Assembly (NCBI GenBank): GCA_040755775.1
Contig: JBFMAJ010000001.1
Coordinates: 1-40,407 of the forward strand
DNA from: Nitrospirota bacterium
GTDB lineage: Bacteria > Nitrospirota > Nitrospiria > JACQCE01
DNA: 40,407 nt
Reading direction: 5' to 3'
Below the pieces are notes generated by a model that saw nothing but the letters and a program-made list of their open reading frames with translations, was not told the DNA's origin and did not search any database. A program made the position numbers and the translations under genes. The number at the start of each line of letters is the position of its first letter. Positions within the stretch are counted from its first letter, which is position 1. This document shows positions 38,998 through 40,407 of this stretch, one piece after another.

Positions 38998-40407
38998 GTG
39001 GCTCAATACGAGTTGAATCTTCGGGACTACTGGCAGATCGTCCGCAAGCAGCGGCGCACCATCGCGCTGACGACCGTCCTGGTCGCGCTGGCCTCCTTCG
39101 GCCTGTCGCAACTGCTCAAGCCGGCGCCGCAGTACGAGGCGACGGCCAGCGTCAAATACGACCGCTCCAGCAATTTTACCGGCCTCTTCATGGAAGTCAT
39201 GACCTATTCATACGCCGACGACATTACCAGCCAGACGGAAGTGATCAAAAGCTATCCGGTCATTGAAGCGGCCGCCCGTTTAGCCGGATTGGTTGCTCCG
39301 GAAACGCCCACCGAGCAGATTCGCCGGGAGCCCGAGCTCCTGGCCACGGTGCTGAACCTCCAGCGGCGGGTCAAGGCCGAGCGCGAGGGCAATACGAACA
39401 TCATCCGGGTGACGGTCACGGCGGGCCGGCCGGAGGCGGCGGAGCAGCTGGCCAACAGCGTCGTCGAAGCCTACCAGCAGGAAAACATCTATCAGCGCAA
39501 CCGTCAGGTGGACGAGGCCCAGAAATTCATCGAGCAACAGATGTCGATGGTGGAAACGCAGCTGCGGGCCGCCGAAGCCAAGGTGGAGGAATTCAAGCGC
39601 ACCAACGACGTGGTGGACCTGAGCGAAGAGGTCAAGGTGCAATTGACCGAAATGGCTCGGGTGGAATCGGAACATGCCAAAACACTGCGGACGCTGGAGG
39701 AGCTCACCGATCAGATCGACCAGCTTCGCCGCCAGGGCTCGTTGAGTTTGAGCAGCCAGGCCGGCTCGCCCGCCCCGGCCGATCCCGCGCGGATTTTCAC
39801 CGAGGAGGCGGCCGCGCAGATCTTCATGCTCAACAGCCGGCTGATGGATCTGCTGCAGGAGCGCGACACGCTGCTGATCAGCTACCATCCGGGCCATCCA
39901 CAGGTGAAGGACCTCGATCAGAAAATTCAGGTCATTCGCGAAGAGATGCTCCGGGAATTGAGCGCCAAGCGGGGGACGTTCCAGCGGCGGGAAGCGCAGT
40001 TGGGCGAACGGCTGGCGGACTTCAAAAAACAATATTTCAGCGTGCCGGAAAAAGCGCTGCAACTGGCCCGGATCGAGCGCGACGTCAAGATCAACAATGA
40101 CATTTATCTGCTGCTGAAGACGAAATATCAGGAAGCGCTGATCAAGGGCGCCGAAAAAATCATCGAGGTGACGCAACTTCAGCCGGCGTTCGCCAGCGCG
40201 GTTCCGATCAACGTGCCCAACGTGCTCCTGAACGTGCTCGTCGGCGCGCTCATCGGCTGCCTGCTGGGGCTTCTGATCGGATTCATCCAGGAGTCGTTCG
40301 ATACCTCCCTGGGCACCATCGAGGACGTGGAGTCGTTCCTGGGGCTGCCGGTGCTGGGCGTGCTGCCGCCGGCCGGCGCCGACGTGATGAAGTACGCGTC
40401 GTCGCCG
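38998..40407 (+). CDS. Polysaccharide chain-length determinant / co-polymerase (Wzz/GumC family), 3'-truncated by the window edge
   Basis: Translated by hand from the GTG at 38998: VAQYELNLRDYWQIVRKQRRTIALTTVLVALASFGLS...YEATASVKY...SQTEVIKSYPVIEAAA...NIIRVTVTA...AEQLANSVVEAYQQ.... This is followed by a long coiled-coil region and a second TM helix (VLLNVLVGALIGCLLGLLIGFI). The frame stays open to the last base, and the ORF is absent from the track because it has no stop. Confidence 0.8.
   Translation, partial: MAQYELNLRDYWQIVRKQRRTIALTTVLVALASFGLSQLLKPAPQYEATASVKYDRSSNFTGLFMEVMTYSYADDITSQTEVIKSYPVIEAAARLAGLVAPETPTEQIRREPELLATVLNLQRRVKAEREGNTNIIRVTVTAGRPEAAEQLANSVVEAYQQENIYQRNRQVDEAQKFIEQQMSMVETQLRAAEAKVEEFKRTNDVVDLSEEVKVQLTEMARVESEHAKTLRTLEELTDQIDQLRRQGSLSLSSQAGSPAPADPARIFTEEAAAQIFMLNSRLMDLLQERDTLLISYHPGHPQVKDLDQKIQVIREEMLRELSAKRGTFQRREAQLGERLADFKKQYFSVPEKALQLARIERDVKINNDIYLLLKTKYQEALIKGAEKIIEVTQLQPAFASAVPINVPNVLLNVLVGALIGCLLGLLIGFIQESFDTSLGTIEDVESFLGLPVLGVLPPAGADVMKYASSP

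Noticed and set aside
39280-40176. A 298-aa minus-strand ORF, the only tracked ORF of substantial length in the last 1.4 kb.
   Set aside because: The plus strand is open from the GTG at 38998 to the window end and encodes a convincing Wzz/GumC-like protein. That ORF is missing from the track only because it has no stop. The minus ORF is its shadow.

Overview
This is a GC-rich bacterial chromosomal window with dense, mostly co-directional genes and many 1-4 nt start/stop overlaps. I saw no transposase, integrase, rRNA or CRISPR array. The content is dominated by cell-envelope and exopolysaccharide (EPS) functions.

Gene order, 5' to 3':
1. A glycosyltransferase block carrying five sulfotransferase domains (1-6733). 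One domain is broken by an in-frame TAA and one is fused to a GT2 domain.
2. Nucleotide-sugar genes (6743-11746): rmlA-, rmlC- and rmlB-like genes, a UDP-sugar 6-dehydrogenase and an SDR epimerase.
3. A DUF3108 protein, then lptF and lptG on the minus strand.
4. A roughly 990-aa TPR protein, an ExeA/MshM-like AAA ATPase, then tRNA-Gly(CCC).
5. A liv-type branched-chain amino-acid ABC operon and a histidine phosphatase.
6. A small module bounded by two related palindromes: YkgJ-like Cys-cluster protein, MinD/ParA-like ATPase, and a J-like/HTH protein. bioA follows on the minus strand.
7. A second ExeA-like ATPase, translationally coupled to a variant HD-GYP protein.
8. A lower-GC block of about 8 kb (30.0-38.1 kb) that looks like a peptide (RiPP-type) maturation module. 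It holds an NTP_transf_5 nucleotidyltransferase, a SipW-like S24/S26 peptidase, a PqqD-like protein, a 1042-aa secreted double-propeller protein, a small secreted protein, an untracked 51-aa ORF with its own promoter and strong RBS, an HPr-kinase-like protein and a radical SAM/SPASM enzyme.
9. A Wza-like polysaccharide export protein and a Wzz/GumC-like chain-length determinant that runs off the 3' edge.

The best candidate for an undescribed system is the RiPP-like module sitting directly next to the EPS export genes. Secondary points of interest:
- the sulfotransferase-dense block;
- two paralogous ExeA-like ATPases with different partners;
- the MinD-like plus HPD-less J-domain/HTH pair;
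- a duplicated livF tail that differs only at synonymous positions;
- two small families of intergenic hairpin elements.

All functional calls rest on motif recognition by eye. No database search was run.
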